Notes: generated by a model not told the origin, from the sequence alone. A DNA stretch of 64,000 nt from Methanobacteriota archaeon (GCA_002726495.1 PBTH01000062.1:9239-73238), one strand, 5' to 3'. Shown: positions 1-10,839, numbered from the stretch's first letter. Numbers and translations are program-made.

Positions 1-2818
1 TCTTTCAGCGGCCAATGAAAAGGCAAAAGATTGGGCAAATAAACGCCTTGACAGCTTGTACTCAAATATACTCAAATCGCCTGGTACGATTTTAATTCTT
101 CTTGTCTTAATCACGGGAATCTTTGCCCAACAAGGAATGTCTTTTCAAGAACAGATTGACGATGATGTAGAAATTTTCCTACCCGACGGTGCTCCTTCTA
201 CCGATTTACTCCTTGAAGTGAGAACTGAATGGTCCACCGATTTGGCGGTCATATACATTCAAACACCAAACGCTTTCAATATCGCCGACTCAACCAATAT
301 TACCGAGCAATCTTTTCTTCAAGAAATAAGTTGGATTGAGGGTGATTCAACAAACATCAACAGCGATTCTCGTGGGAGAGGGATTGACTATGACAAAAAT
401 GACCATGGCAGAAAAGACGGTGTCCTCTGGATCATATCTCCTGCACAGGTGATCAAGGAAATAAATTCATCAGACGGCCGGTTCAACAGAGCGCTTTGCT
501 CCAATCTCATCGATGAACGTATACCGCTTGCTTTGGATTGTGATCAAGACCAAACTGGAGGCGAATACAGCATTCCAGACCAAGACCGAATTGACCAAAT
601 TATTGAAGAATCGGATGGCGGATTTGATGCATTGTTCAAGGACACCAACGACATGGACCCTACCGTTGATAGCGACGGTGATGGAAATTATACCAACGAT
701 ATGGATGGGGACGGAATTTGGGATACAACAGCCATTGTTGTTGGTATGCATCATGACCCAAGTGTGACCAAAGAATATGCTGACTTTTCTGAACTACTCA
801 ATCATTTCCAAGATGTCATTGACAATCGTCCGACTGAATATCAGAACACTGAAATGACTGTGACTGGCCTGACAAAGGTCCTCGAAGATATTTCAGATGC
901 AATCTATGAGGACCTCCTCATGATTCTCCCCTACTCAGTATTGTTCACTATACTCGTCATTACCTTCCTCCACAGGTCTGCGAAGGTTGTTGTCATCACC
1001 GGAACTCCAATCCTCATGGCTCTTGCAATCACCTTTGGTACATCTGTAATCCTTGACATCACCCTTACACCGATGATCGTTGCAACATTCCCAATTCTCA
1101 TTGGGCTAGGGGTGGACTATGCCCTGCATATGGTCAATCGAATTGAAGAGGTGCGGCGAAAGGAGATCGATAAGGCGCATGACGATAATGAACGAAGAAG
1201 AAAGCGTGGTGAGCGTGAATTAGAAGTTCCCGACATATGGAGTCTTGACTTCTACAAGTCATGTGTAATGGAAATGACACGTTCAACTGGTGTTGCTGTA
1301 TTCCTTTCTGCTTTGACGACGATTGTTGGATTTTCAGTACTCATTGCACCTGCAATTGTGCCGATTTCTCCAATTCGTTCTGTGGGAATTACTCTTGTGA
1401 TTGGGATCTTCTCCACACTTGTCCTCAGTATTATCCTCGTACCAACTCTTGCATGGTTGCTCAAATTTAACAAGAGAACAAATCCCTCAATGTGGAAAAA
1501 TATTGGGAAATTACCTGTGCGAGGCTTCCTTGTCTTGCTTCTCGTTACTGCCGCAATCACATCATATGGCATCGCGAACTTGGATGAAATGAATGAGCCG
1601 ATAACTGGGTCATCTGAGGCCCCGGATGGTATTGATTCCCTAAACTCACTTGCCCAGTACTCGCGCCAATTCAGCAGCGGACAAACTTCCCTTTTCATTT
1701 ATGATGCATCGGAACGAGAAAATGTCAACAGCTCAGTCAACATACGAGACCTCCCAGTTCTTGATTCCATGGATTCAATAGAAGGAGAAATTGACCTGGT
1801 TGATGAGACCTCTACGACCAGTATCATCACCTTCCTCAAAACCGTACCAGCTGCTATCACGCTTACCGAGGGTGTTACAATTGGCGACGGGTCACTCTGG
1901 GACTTGCTTCACGACCCGTGTTGGGAAAGTCAAGAGATTCTTGATCCAAACTGTCCCGTGTGGACCCTTATTCCAGTTTCTGAACGCGAGGCTCTTAGGA
2001 ATGATATGGTGGAAGTAGCCTTTGATACATTGTCAGAAGAGGTACGTTCAATGCTTCTCAATGAGGATGGGGATAAGGCAATTGTTTACGTCACCCAACC
2101 ATACATGAATTTGAATGTGGCAGGAGAACTTCGAGACGATATTGACGATATACTTGGTGAAGGCCCCACATTGCTCAATACAAGAACTTCCTTACTTACC
2201 GGTGGCCTGCCGGTATCTCTTGATATCAATGACGGGATTCACGACACCCAAGCCAAAACAACAATCATTACACTTATTGTCCTTACACTCCTTCTTTCAG
2301 TCGTATTCCGTTCACCGAGATTGGGAATATACACCATGATTCCTGTTGCTGTCGTCATTCTTTGGCAGCCCCTACTCATGCAAAGTGGGGACGTCAATGT
2401 CAACATCTTTACAGCGATGATTGGGACAATCGTATTTGGTATCGGGGTAGACGACGCCATTCACGTCATGCACCGAATACAGGAGGAAGGGGAATCTCCT
2501 CACGGAATGGCCTCTGCAATTGAGGAAACTGGCCAGACTATTTTTGAAACAACCATCACAACAGTTTCGGGAATCGGTGCGGGATTCCTAGCTGCATTCC
2601 CGGGATTGGAAAATTTCTTCATGCTGATGTGTCTCTTGATTTTCTTCGCTTTCATTACCAGTTCATTCCTGTTGCCAGCAATCATTACCGCAGAGCATGT
2701 GGCAAGAGCGAAAATAAATGGTCACCCACCATGGATTGATTTTGGTGATGGCATCGCTGTATCACAACCAGCGGCAATGAAATCGCTTGATGCTATCGTC
2801 ATTGATGACTCGATTTAG
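1..2818 (+). CDS. MMPL/RND-family membrane transporter (5' end truncated by window)
   Basis: Frame is open from position 2; two repeated TM blocks with GLGVDYALH and GIGVDDAIH signatures separated by large extracytoplasmic loops. Confidence 0.85.
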   Translation, partial: LSAANEKAKDWANKRLDSLYSNILKSPGTILILLVLITGIFAQQGMSFQEQIDDDVEIFLPDGAPSTDLLLEVRTEWSTDLAVIYIQTPNAFNIADSTNITEQSFLQEISWIEGDSTNINSDSRGRGIDYDKNDHGRKDGVLWIISPAQVIKEINSSDGRFNRALCSNLIDERIPLALDCDQDQTGGEYSIPDQDRIDQIIEESDGGFDALFKDTNDMDPTVDSDGDGNYTNDMDGDGIWDTTAIVVGMHHDPSVTKEYADFSELLNHFQDVIDNRPTEYQNTEMTVTGLTKVLEDISDAIYEDLLMILPYSVLFTILVITFLHRSAKVVVITGTPILMALAITFGTSVILDITLTPMIVATFPILIGLGVDYALHMVNRIEEVRRKEIDKAHDDNERRRKRGERELEVPDIWSLDFYKSCVMEMTRSTGVAVFLSALTTIVGFSVLIAPAIVPISPIRSVGITLVIGIFSTLVLSIILVPTLAWLLKFNKRTNPSMWKNIGKLPVRGFLVLLLVTAAITSYGIANLDEMNEPITGSSEAPDGIDSLNSLAQYSRQFSSGQTSLFIYDASERENVNSSVNIRDLPVLDSMDSIEGEIDLVDETSTTSIITFLKTVPAAITLTEGVTIGDGSLWDLLHDPCWESQEILDPNCPVWTLIPVSEREALRNDMVEVAFDTLSEEVRSMLLNEDGDKAIVYVTQPYMNLNVAGELRDDIDDILGEGPTLLNTRTSLLTGGLPVSLDINDGIHDTQAKTTIITLIVLTLLLSVVFRSPRLGIYTMIPVAVVILWQPLLMQSGDVNVNIFTAMIGTIVFGIGVDDAIHVMHRIQEEGESPHGMASAIEETGQTIFETTITTVSGIGAGFLAAFPGLENFFMLMCLLIFFAFITSSFLLPAIITAEHVARAKINGHPPWIDFGDGIAVSQPAAMKSLDAIVIDDSI

Positions 2819-2851
2819 AATGATTGGATCTCTTCACAGTCAAGACAACAT

Positions 2852-4150
2852 TCAACGGATTCTATTGGGGTTGACCCATTCATCCCAAGAAGATTCAAAA
2901 CCGACGTAATGAATGAGGTAATCTGAGTTTCTGCGTTCTCGGATAATCGCATCCCACCAGGAACCTTGCCACTCAACTTTGACCGCTTGACCAGGTTCAA
3001 AAATTTGTACATTAAATGGATGGTCCTCCGGTCGAACGGACCACCCAGTAGGACCAACAATGTAAACAGTATTTTGCGTTTCAACACGCGCTGTTGCACG
3101 TTCATCGTAGGTTACTGACACAATAGGGCTGCTTCGGAGGTTTTTGGCGTCACCAAGTTTCGGGTGAGCATAAGCGTGTCCGTAGAGCAGACCGTCTCGA
3201 ATTTCCGTATTTTGAATGAGAACTTCTGGCTTTCGTGGTTCTGCATTTGCTAACATTTCCGAACCAACAAGATATTTTGCTAATTCACGATAATTAATTT
3301 CTGAATCTTCTCCGATACCCAATTCTTGGAATTCTCTCATCACATCTTCGGGAGAAAGTGGTTCGTCACCTAATTCCGTCAATATTTTAAAATATTCACT
3401 TGCAGAAATCATGCCGCTGTTGTCGTCATCAAATACTTTAAACGCTTCAATTAATTCAAACTCAGCTTCTGAAATATGTTCGACATATTCTTGGATTTCA
3501 GGAGATTCAAGGGCCAATTTTTCAACTCGATTCCACTCAACTTCATCTTCAATATCTCCATCATCAAAATGAATCAAATAGGTATGATTCTCATGGTCCT
3601 TTGCGATTGTAGCAGGATAGTATGTACCATAATTTTTCCAATTCACGAGCACCTTATCGCCCACAACATACGGCGGTGATGCGGGGCGGATCGTTCCTGG
3701 CGTAGTTCCAATGATGACTGCTGGCTTGATTTGGACCGTATCGGTGTATGGGACTTCAATTTCATATGTGCCATCTGCATTGATGCCAATGACCTTGCAC
3801 CGATCCAACCAACGCTCATTCGTTGGACTGTAATATTCAACATGGTCACCAACCTGAAACGCAGCAGGCAATTCAACAGCTTCTGGAGGCAAGGTCGTTA
3901 CCGTTTCAGAAGGATTGGCTCCAATAACGCCAAGATGTTTCAATGCTTCAATAACCGCAGTTGTGACAACAGTTGCATCATTGTTAACCACAGTATTGTG
4001 TACAATATCACCACTCATCACGGAGTCGTTCATCGTGAAGGTGTTAGGAGCAGATTGCTTGGGGGCATCAGTGACATTTGGGGGGGCAGGAATCCATTCG
4101 GTACCTGTCCACATAAAGTTCCCATCAGGACTTAAAATAGGGTCTACCAT
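2852..4150 (-). CDS. Multidomain Tudor/Agenet + calmodulin-like EF-hand + Tudor-knot protein
   Basis: Likely start MVDPILSPDG at 4150 (the longer ORF runs into the RNase P RNA). Motifs VGDKVLVNW..YYPATI..YLIHFDDGD, EAFKVFDDDNSGMISASE and YLIHYVGFESSWDEWV. Confidence 0.8.
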   Translation of the reverse strand: MVDPILSPDGNFMWTGTEWIPAPPNVTDAPKQSAPNTFTMNDSVMSGDIVHNTVVNNDATVVTTAVIEALKHLGVIGANPSETVTTLPPEAVELPAAFQVGDHVEYYSPTNERWLDRCKVIGINADGTYEIEVPYTDTVQIKPAVIIGTTPGTIRPASPPYVVGDKVLVNWKNYGTYYPATIAKDHENHTYLIHFDDGDIEDEVEWNRVEKLALESPEIQEYVEHISEAEFELIEAFKVFDDDNSGMISASEYFKILTELGDEPLSPEDVMREFQELGIGEDSEINYRELAKYLVGSEMLANAEPRKPEVLIQNTEIRDGLLYGHAYAHPKLGDAKNLRSSPIVSVTYDERATARVETQNTVYIVGPTGWSVRPEDHPFNVQIFEPGQAVKVEWQGSWWDAIIRERRNSDYLIHYVGFESSWDEWVNPNRIR

Positions 4151-4202
4151 AAATCCCCATTTCCCACGTACTCTTTGATTGTTCGGTTGAATTCTTTGAA
4201 GT

Positions 4203-4505
4203 GGAGGGAGTAGGGAGTAAGCCCCTTTCTGTTTCCTTTCGGTGATCGCATTCAACTGTGCGTCCTACCTGTTCCTCGTCGTGCCGAGTTAACGGAACGG
4301 TTTGGACTTGCTCCAGCGGGGTTGCTCGTCTCATCGACAACAGGGCAATCTCGGTCTTTCAACGTCATTGTACACACCCTGTATCGTTCGTTTCTGCTGC
4401 ATTGACCCAACCATTTCTGTTTGCTTCCTTATGTCAGCCGCTTGCACTACGGAGAGGGGACTTTCCTCAGAGTCGAACTCTGTCAGCGATCCTCCTACTC
4501 CCTCC
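4203..4505 (-). ncRNA. rnpB: RNase P RNA
   Basis: Minus strand has GAGGAAAGTCC near the 5' end and AACAGAAAGGGGCTTA near the 3' end; termini GGAGGGAGTAGG and CCTACTCCCTCC pair as P1; about 300 nt. Confidence 0.92.
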
Positions 4506-4557
4506 AAGGTGGACTGCTCGCCTCTAACATTTCAATCCGCCGTTTTGATAAAAACCG

Positions 4558-7500
4558 TCACTGATACGGATTTTCACCGGGTGATAGTGCTTCATTAGGA
4601 GCACCATAAGGTCCGGTGGGAGGTTTTGCCTCTGCCCTTTTCACAGCAGGAGGTTGATTGGATTGTCCCAATTGAGGTTGTTGTATCTCCTCCCGGCGCA
4701 AACCGTAAACAAGCAAACCTACCAAGCCCATTGTTAGCAGACCAACAACAACGAGGAGTGATGAATTAACACTGGAAATACTACCAAGAACACCCTCACT
4801 ACGTGGCTCATCAACACGGACCGTAGAGGATTGAATACTTGGGCCATTGACGATGTTTATTTCCAGCCACATGGTACCGTCACGAGTGGGTTTCCAAGAA
4901 TAATCATACAGAATTGTCTCCCCTGATTGAATTGCAAGTGTACGTGCATCAAGTTGAGTTCGGGCCCCTGTTGATTCAACAAGGTTGACGATGATTTGGG
5001 CCTCACCATCAGCTAAACCAGTATTCGAAATCATTGTGGCTACTTCAACATAATCTCCTTGGTGAATATCTGATGTTGGGTCCATTTGTACCTTCGTAAA
5101 TGAGTAAATCGGAACGCGCTGTTCAAGAGACCAAACTCGGAGAGGTGAATCGATATCATTGAACACTTCATCGACTTGAAGGCCAGCTGCATCCATTCCA
5201 GTCACCCAAATTCGTAGTTCAACAGCGCTCGTCCGGTAAACAGGAAGCATTAACTCGTCAAGATCCAGAACGCAACGCACAGGAATTGATTCGCCAGCAA
5301 GACGTTCTCCTAAGATTTCAAGCGGTAAACTTCCATTTTCGTAAACATATGAATTGATACCCAAACCTGCTTCATTAAGAGACCAATGCAGACGAAGTGA
5401 GGATTCGTCAAGTCGTGCATTTTCATTAAGACGTAATTCAAACTGTAGGTTTTTCCAATCTTCTTCTTTCAACTCTGAATTTTCTGAAGGACGGTCGATA
5501 GCCGTGACTTTGGGTGCTTGATTGTCAACGATGAACCATATGAATGCGGAATTGTCCCCGCGGTAAATCGCTCCATTTGGTGCATCATAAAGGCCTCCTT
5601 TCAAGCCATAAGTGTCTTCAATAAGTGGCGCCATTATGGTCCCGGAAAATGTACCATTGATGGTCTCAAGTACGGCTGAATTTTCACCAAGGTCTATCGC
5701 AACATCAAGATCCTGAAGAATCGGTTGTTCAGTTCGATACCAAATAAGCGACCCTGATAGGTCAAAGGTCGTCCTTGGCTTGACCCAATACCCCATTGAA
5801 TCCGTTGCTTCATTACCGAGAGTTACAGAAAGTGATTCTTCGTCAAATACAATCTCACTGGAATACTTCCAGCCGAGTGGTTCGAGTGTAAAACGGTTGG
5901 ATTGTCCTGTTTGGTCAAGCATTGTAATGTGAGGTATACGAACCAAGGAAGTATCAGCATCATATCCCCAATCAATCGAGAAATTGGCCACAAATTCACC
6001 GTTTCTTGAGAACAAGTCATCTTCTTCCGTAGGAATCAGCGTGCATGATTCAATGTTGATGTAATTGTGGGATGAAGTACAGATTCCAGAAGATTGATTC
6101 CATGAAATTGTGGCAGGGAATGGTGTGTTTGAAGCGAGGGAGAGATTGATTTCTGCGATGTCAAAAATTCCATTCTTTTCCCAAATAGGAACTTGAATCA
6201 TGGTTGATTCACCGGGGTGAATCCATGGATTCACTCCTTGACTCCATCCGATTGAGGCAGCACCAAGAGATGGTGCACCATTGTCATTGATTTGGACATG
6301 GAAAAGAGGTGAATTGTACGTCCCTGATCCGGCCATAAGATGCCCTGCGCTGTCAGCTACCTCCAACCAACCAACAAAATAATCTCCAATAGTAGCATCA
6401 GAGGTATCAAGAACGAGTGAATAATCATCCATAAGTGGAGTCAAGTTTTCGGGCTGGTTCAAATCTTTGATTTGAACTTCATCTTGGTCCATCATTCCAT
6501 CCTGGTCCGCATCATCAATCCATGACTTCCAAACATATGCTTTGGCGTGAGTTGGTAAGTTTGGTCGGTCACTGATTGTAAAGTGAAGAGGTGTAATTGG
6601 ACTTGAATCACGATGATCAAACATTTCAACATCGGATTTAATCAGCGTTGGTGCGATGTTGTCAAAGAGGAAAGTGTATGATGTATTGACCTGGTGCACG
6701 GCTTCTTGCCCCCGCAGTGGAATAACTTCAACGCCAAGTTCCATTGAAGAGCGACCGGTTGGAATACTGTATGGGAACAGTGCTACTCCATTGGTGTAAG
6801 ATGAGGATGTCGCATATTCAGTACCATCAACCAAAAATCGGACCAAAGCCTGACCGGAGCGTGGGGTTCCTTCTTCAGTTCCTTCAAATCCAAGCACCAC
6901 CTCAATATTGACCACCTCGCCAGCCCTTAGATAATTATGAGTTGGGGTTGAACGAATTCCATTGCTTGATAGGACTGACCATGATTCAAGAGAAATGTCA
7001 TTCTCTACACCTTGGTCATCGCCAAGTCCAAAACTCGCAGAGACAGGCAACATGGGACCAGAAGGCGCAAGAAGGTTCACAGCGATGACTGCAGAAGGTT
7101 CATCGTTCCAAGAATCAGGGAACTTGAAGCGATGATTAAGTTCCAAGAAACTTCCTGAACCGAGAGCATCGATTAAGCCGGATTCACCATCGTCAAACCA
7201 AACCAAAGGAATTCCATTTGATGTACAGGTTGAGATGGTAATTGGGGTGATTGGTAGAGCACTAACAGGGCAACGAATGCTAGCTTGAGAGTTTGGAGCA
7301 ATGAGGTTTAACTCAACTTCCCAAGAGGATTGTTCAGCGTGGGTCAACGCATCTGTGACACTGATTCCTGCAAAGTCAAAAGTAGCTGAAGTTTCAATCC
7401 AATCGTTGCTTGGGACAAGCGTATTGCTGACATTGTTGACATTGATTGAGACCGGTTCAACGGAGGCTTGAGTTTGGACATCGTTGACCGTAAGCAAAAC

Positions 7501-9612
7501 AGAACCGGTGCCGTCCATTCGTACAGGGAGTGTAATTTCCTTCTCTCCTTGAACGGCTACAATCCCTGACAATGCATCATTGAGCCCGATGACGAGAGGG
7601 TCAGCTGCATTCAAGTTCAGCGACAAACTGCTATTGTAAGGCGAGAATATGCCTCCAAGGAGAACATCGCTAGAAGAGAGTGATGAGCCAATTCGAATTT
7701 GAAGTGTTGCCATTTCTAAGGACGAAATACCAACGGTATTCGTTGATGTACTAAGAGCGGTGTTGAGGGAGGAAAGTTCGGTAGAAGTTAATGTTATGAT
7801 CTGAAGGTCTTGAAGATTGGACAGTCCACGATTGAGAATGTCTTGACCGTTTACTGACATGGCCATGAATGGATTAGCAAGTTCTGTTGAGGGTGAAGCA
7901 AGAGCAAATTGAAAGGCATCAACTCCTGAGGTCGGAAGAGCAACATCAAAGTTAGCAGTACCGGACGGAGAAGAGTAAAGAAGGTTCCACATATCTCCAT
8001 TTAGCAATTCATCTTGTAATCCAAGCGAACCGATGCCGTCCCTCTCGAGAGACCACTCTGGAATTCCATCCAATCCGATGTCAAATCTAAGGCCACTGAC
8101 AACCGATGTGCGGACGAGTTCAGCCTCAAATGCATCCCAAGAGTAAGTTCCTCCTGAACTTCTCATTCGGAATTGGACCATGAATTTCGGCTCATCGAGG
8201 TCGAGATTGCCTTGAGAATTGAGGGGCAACCACGTATCGCCCCCATCGGTGGTCACTTCCATGTAACCTGGACCTGTGACTGTATTTGCAGTTTTGATGG
8301 CTGAAAAACCACTTCGCACGTGATAAACTTCGGAAACAACATCTCCACTGCTACTGATCGCTCCACTTGATTGCCATGAACCGGATTGGATGTTCCATCC
8401 ATTGTTGGTGGGGTCGTCGTCAAAGGTTTTGGAAAGATGGCCGTCAAAAGAAATACTACGTATTTTAGACACCCCGCCCCCTGAACCTTGGAGCATGTGA
8501 ATCTTCAACCGAGCCGATGGATGTTCTCGCCAATCAACAATACCAAGATCAACTTGAGTTGCAGTCATGTGCTCAAAACCAGGAATTGGCATCATCGTTT
8601 GTGCGTCCAAGAGTTGCCATTCAAAGACCGAAGATGGATCAATTGTTGCATCCATGTGCATGAATCCGTAAGAGCGTTCTTCTCCACGACCCAAATCGGT
8701 TGGTGCAAAGGTACTTGAGGTCCAATTCCCTTCTCCAGTGGAGATTCCAGATGCTGCAGGAAGAATTTCTACATCGTCAATATTCCAACCTGTATATTGG
8801 ACAGAACCATCGGATGATCCCAATCCAAAACGAACTTGGAAATTCGGATTGTTTAGAACATAATTTGTGATGGACACTGTTTGCTGAACGTAACTTCCAT
8901 CGTTGGTCGTACTTTGAGGATTTGACCATACATTGACCCAGTTTCCATTTGAGCCTTTAACAGACACATATGCATGGTCATAATACGAACTCTCAACACC
9001 GAGTCGCTTCATGAATTTAAGATTCCAAGCTCCTGAACAACCTCCACAGTTCATCACAGGTGAAGTGGCCCAGTAGGGACCTCCCATATATGTGGGATAA
9101 TTTCCGTTATAGGTGTAGATTGCCTTAGTTCCACTGCTGGCGCCAATGCTGCCATCAGTGCCGTGAAACCAAACGTTGGTGCCGCCAAGGGTGAAGGGGT
9201 TAACTCCCTCAAAATCATAACTCCATCCTTGGGGTAACAGTGCCAGTTCAGAACCGTTGACATCCATGCCATCGTATACCGAGCCCTGATCAAAATCACC
9301 TGCTTCACTCCAAGAGGAAGCCACGGAATCGCTGAGATCCGATGCTTCTATTCCAAGTTCAAGGGATTCAATCGCATGCCCATCTGGAACAGAAATACTC
9401 ACTCTCTGATTCGCACCATCCGGCCATGAGCCAACGGTAATGGCAGTTGCTTGACCCAATGTTGAGGCTTCAAATGGACTGGATATTTCGTCTTCAGGCA
9501 GGGGTTGAACTGTAGGTGTGTGAATCAATGGAATCAATGAGAATAAGAAAAGTGTGACCAGGCCGGCTGCAACGACACTACTACGGTGCGCTCCCCTCAT
9601 GGATTGAGACAT
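4558..9612 (-). CDS. Large secreted, membrane-anchored cell-surface protein (1684 aa) with CARDB-like C-terminal domain
   Basis: N-terminal signal peptide; jelly-roll-like segment ending GWNIDDVEI; ISNTGLADG CARDB-like motif; C-terminal TM helix and Pro/Gln-rich tail. Confidence 0.7.
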   Translation of the reverse strand: MSQSMRGAHRSSVVAAGLVTLFLFSLIPLIHTPTVQPLPEDEISSPFEASTLGQATAITVGSWPDGANQRVSISVPDGHAIESLELGIEASDLSDSVASSWSEAGDFDQGSVYDGMDVNGSELALLPQGWSYDFEGVNPFTLGGTNVWFHGTDGSIGASSGTKAIYTYNGNYPTYMGGPYWATSPVMNCGGCSGAWNLKFMKRLGVESSYYDHAYVSVKGSNGNWVNVWSNPQSTTNDGSYVQQTVSITNYVLNNPNFQVRFGLGSSDGSVQYTGWNIDDVEILPAASGISTGEGNWTSSTFAPTDLGRGEERSYGFMHMDATIDPSSVFEWQLLDAQTMMPIPGFEHMTATQVDLGIVDWREHPSARLKIHMLQGSGGGVSKIRSISFDGHLSKTFDDDPTNNGWNIQSGSWQSSGAISSSGDVVSEVYHVRSGFSAIKTANTVTGPGYMEVTTDGGDTWLPLNSQGNLDLDEPKFMVQFRMRSSGGTYSWDAFEAELVRTSVVSGLRFDIGLDGIPEWSLERDGIGSLGLQDELLNGDMWNLLYSSPSGTANFDVALPTSGVDAFQFALASPSTELANPFMAMSVNGQDILNRGLSNLQDLQIITLTSTELSSLNTALSTSTNTVGISSLEMATLQIRIGSSLSSSDVLLGGIFSPYNSSLSLNLNAADPLVIGLNDALSGIVAVQGEKEITLPVRMDGTGSVLLTVNDVQTQASVEPVSINVNNVSNTLVPSNDWIETSATFDFAGISVTDALTHAEQSSWEVELNLIAPNSQASIRCPVSALPITPITISTCTSNGIPLVWFDDGESGLIDALGSGSFLELNHRFKFPDSWNDEPSAVIAVNLLAPSGPMLPVSASFGLGDDQGVENDISLESWSVLSSNGIRSTPTHNYLRAGEVVNIEVVLGFEGTEEGTPRSGQALVRFLVDGTEYATSSSYTNGVALFPYSIPTGRSSMELGVEVIPLRGQEAVHQVNTSYTFLFDNIAPTLIKSDVEMFDHRDSSPITPLHFTISDRPNLPTHAKAYVWKSWIDDADQDGMMDQDEVQIKDLNQPENLTPLMDDYSLVLDTSDATIGDYFVGWLEVADSAGHLMAGSGTYNSPLFHVQINDNGAPSLGAASIGWSQGVNPWIHPGESTMIQVPIWEKNGIFDIAEINLSLASNTPFPATISWNQSSGICTSSHNYINIESCTLIPTEEDDLFSRNGEFVANFSIDWGYDADTSLVRIPHITMLDQTGQSNRFTLEPLGWKYSSEIVFDEESLSVTLGNEATDSMGYWVKPRTTFDLSGSLIWYRTEQPILQDLDVAIDLGENSAVLETINGTFSGTIMAPLIEDTYGLKGGLYDAPNGAIYRGDNSAFIWFIVDNQAPKVTAIDRPSENSELKEEDWKNLQFELRLNENARLDESSLRLHWSLNEAGLGINSYVYENGSLPLEILGERLAGESIPVRCVLDLDELMLPVYRTSAVELRIWVTGMDAAGLQVDEVFNDIDSPLRVWSLEQRVPIYSFTKVQMDPTSDIHQGDYVEVATMISNTGLADGEAQIIVNLVESTGARTQLDARTLAIQSGETILYDYSWKPTRDGTMWLEINIVNGPSIQSSTVRVDEPRSEGVLGSISSVNSSLLVVVGLLTMGLVGLLVYGLRREEIQQPQLGQSNQPPAVKRAEAKPPTGPYGAPNEALSPGENPYQ

Positions 9613-9700
9613 GAATTCAAAGGTCTAAAGGCTTCGTACACAGGTTCTTGGTAAAAAATGGATGAAGAAATACAATAGGGCGGGTGCACAACCGCAAAAT

Positions 9701-10387
9701 ATGGACGTGGAAGCGCTCAAAAAAGAGGCAGGAATTTCTGCATGTTCTTATGTTTCAAGTGGAATGAAAGTTGGGCTTGGAACTGGTTCAACTGTTAAGT
9801 ATACAATCTTAGAACTTGGCCGTAGGGTTAGAGAGGAAGGGTTGGATATTGTGGGAGTCCCTACTTCCATCGCAACTGAAGTTCTAGCAAAGCAGCAAGG
9901 TATTACTCTGTGTGAATTGGACGATTTGGACGGCTTGGATGTTGTGATCGACGGCACCGATGAATTTGACCCAAACTTCCATCTCATCAAGGGAGGAGGT
10001 GCGGCTCTCTTACGAGAAAAAGTCGTCGCACAATCCTCTTCAAAGATGGTAGTGGTTGCTGATGATAGGAAGAGGGTTGATTGCCTGGGTGCCTTCCCAC
10101 TCCCCATCGAGGTCACTCCGTTTTCTCATGCGACGACCCTCAATGCAATTGAACGAGTGTTGGATTGTTCTGCAGCCGTCCGTCAAGGCGAGGAAGGACC
10201 CCTTGTAACTGATAACGGAAATTACATCGTCGATGCCAAAACCGGCCCAACCATCACTGAACCATCCGTGACAGAGGCGCAACTCCTCCATATTGCAGGA
10301 GTGGTTCAAGTTGGATTGTTTACCGAAATGTGCGATGTGGTGATTCTTGCTGGCCTTGATGGAGTCTCGGTTTTGGAGAAATCCTAA
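9701..10387 (+). CDS. rpiA: Ribose-5-phosphate isomerase A
   Basis: GLGTGST, DGTDE, IKGGGAALLREK, TDNGNYIVD motifs. Confidence 0.95.
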   Translation: MDVEALKKEAGISACSYVSSGMKVGLGTGSTVKYTILELGRRVREEGLDIVGVPTSIATEVLAKQQGITLCELDDLDGLDVVIDGTDEFDPNFHLIKGGGAALLREKVVAQSSSKMVVVADDRKRVDCLGAFPLPIEVTPFSHATTLNAIERVLDCSAAVRQGEEGPLVTDNGNYIVDAKTGPTITEPSVTEAQLLHIAGVVQVGLFTEMCDVVILAGLDGVSVLEKS

Positions 10388-10452
10388 CCATCATGGGACC
10401 ATGCTTTGAGAAGGGCATGAATCATTAAATATGCGAGTCGGAAGGCCGGAGT

Positions 10453-10529
10453 GGGCCTGTAGCTTAGTCAGGTAGAGCGATGGACTCTTAATCCATCGGC
10501 CGCGGGTTCGAACCCCGTCAGGCCCGCCA
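10453..10529 (+). tRNA. tRNA-Lys(CTT), CCA encoded
   Basis: GGGCCTG/CAGGCCC acceptor stem; anticodon arm ATGGA-CTCTTAA-TCCAT; GGTTCGAAC T-loop; ends GCCA. Confidence 0.95.
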
Positions 10530-10536
10530 CTAACAA

Positions 10537-10830
10537 CTACTCAACATGGCATGCCACAATGTTTGAACGGGAGACTGTTCCGAAGTTGTGAGAGTCTTCA
10601 GAAGCAAGAGGATCTGGCTGGTCACCAACAAGGAAGAAACGGCCCTTGGCGATGGAGTGAATACGCTTCACAACGAGAATATCTTTCTTTAGAGGATGGT
10701 GAGAAAGTACCACCTGACCAACTTTTAGTTCGCTGTTGTCATCGATTGGTTTGAATTCTAGAACCGTACCATCCTTGTATGTTGGCCACATGCTGTCGCC
10801 GTTAATACGAACCTGAATGGGTTCGGACAT
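10537..10830 (-). CDS. sodX: Nickel-SOD maturation protease (S26-like)
   Basis: GDSMWPT, VVKRI, GDQ..SEDSHNFG; immediately downstream of sodN. Confidence 0.9.
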   Translation of the reverse strand: MSEPIQVRINGDSMWPTYKDGTVLEFKPIDDNSELKVGQVVLSHHPLKKDILVVKRIHSIAKGRFFLVGDQPDPLASEDSHNFGTVSRSNIVACHVE

Positions 10831-10839
10831 ATCATGCCC

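Noticed and set aside
4203-4505. Terminal inverted repeat (GGAGGGAGTAGG / CCTACTCCCTCC) suggesting a MITE
   Set aside because: Explained as the P1 helix of RNase P RNA; no transposase or target-site duplication
4258-4598. Short ORFs 4258-4527, 4302-4598, 4125-4340 and the 5' extension of the 467-aa ORF
   Set aside because: They overlap the RNase P RNA gene and show no protein motifs
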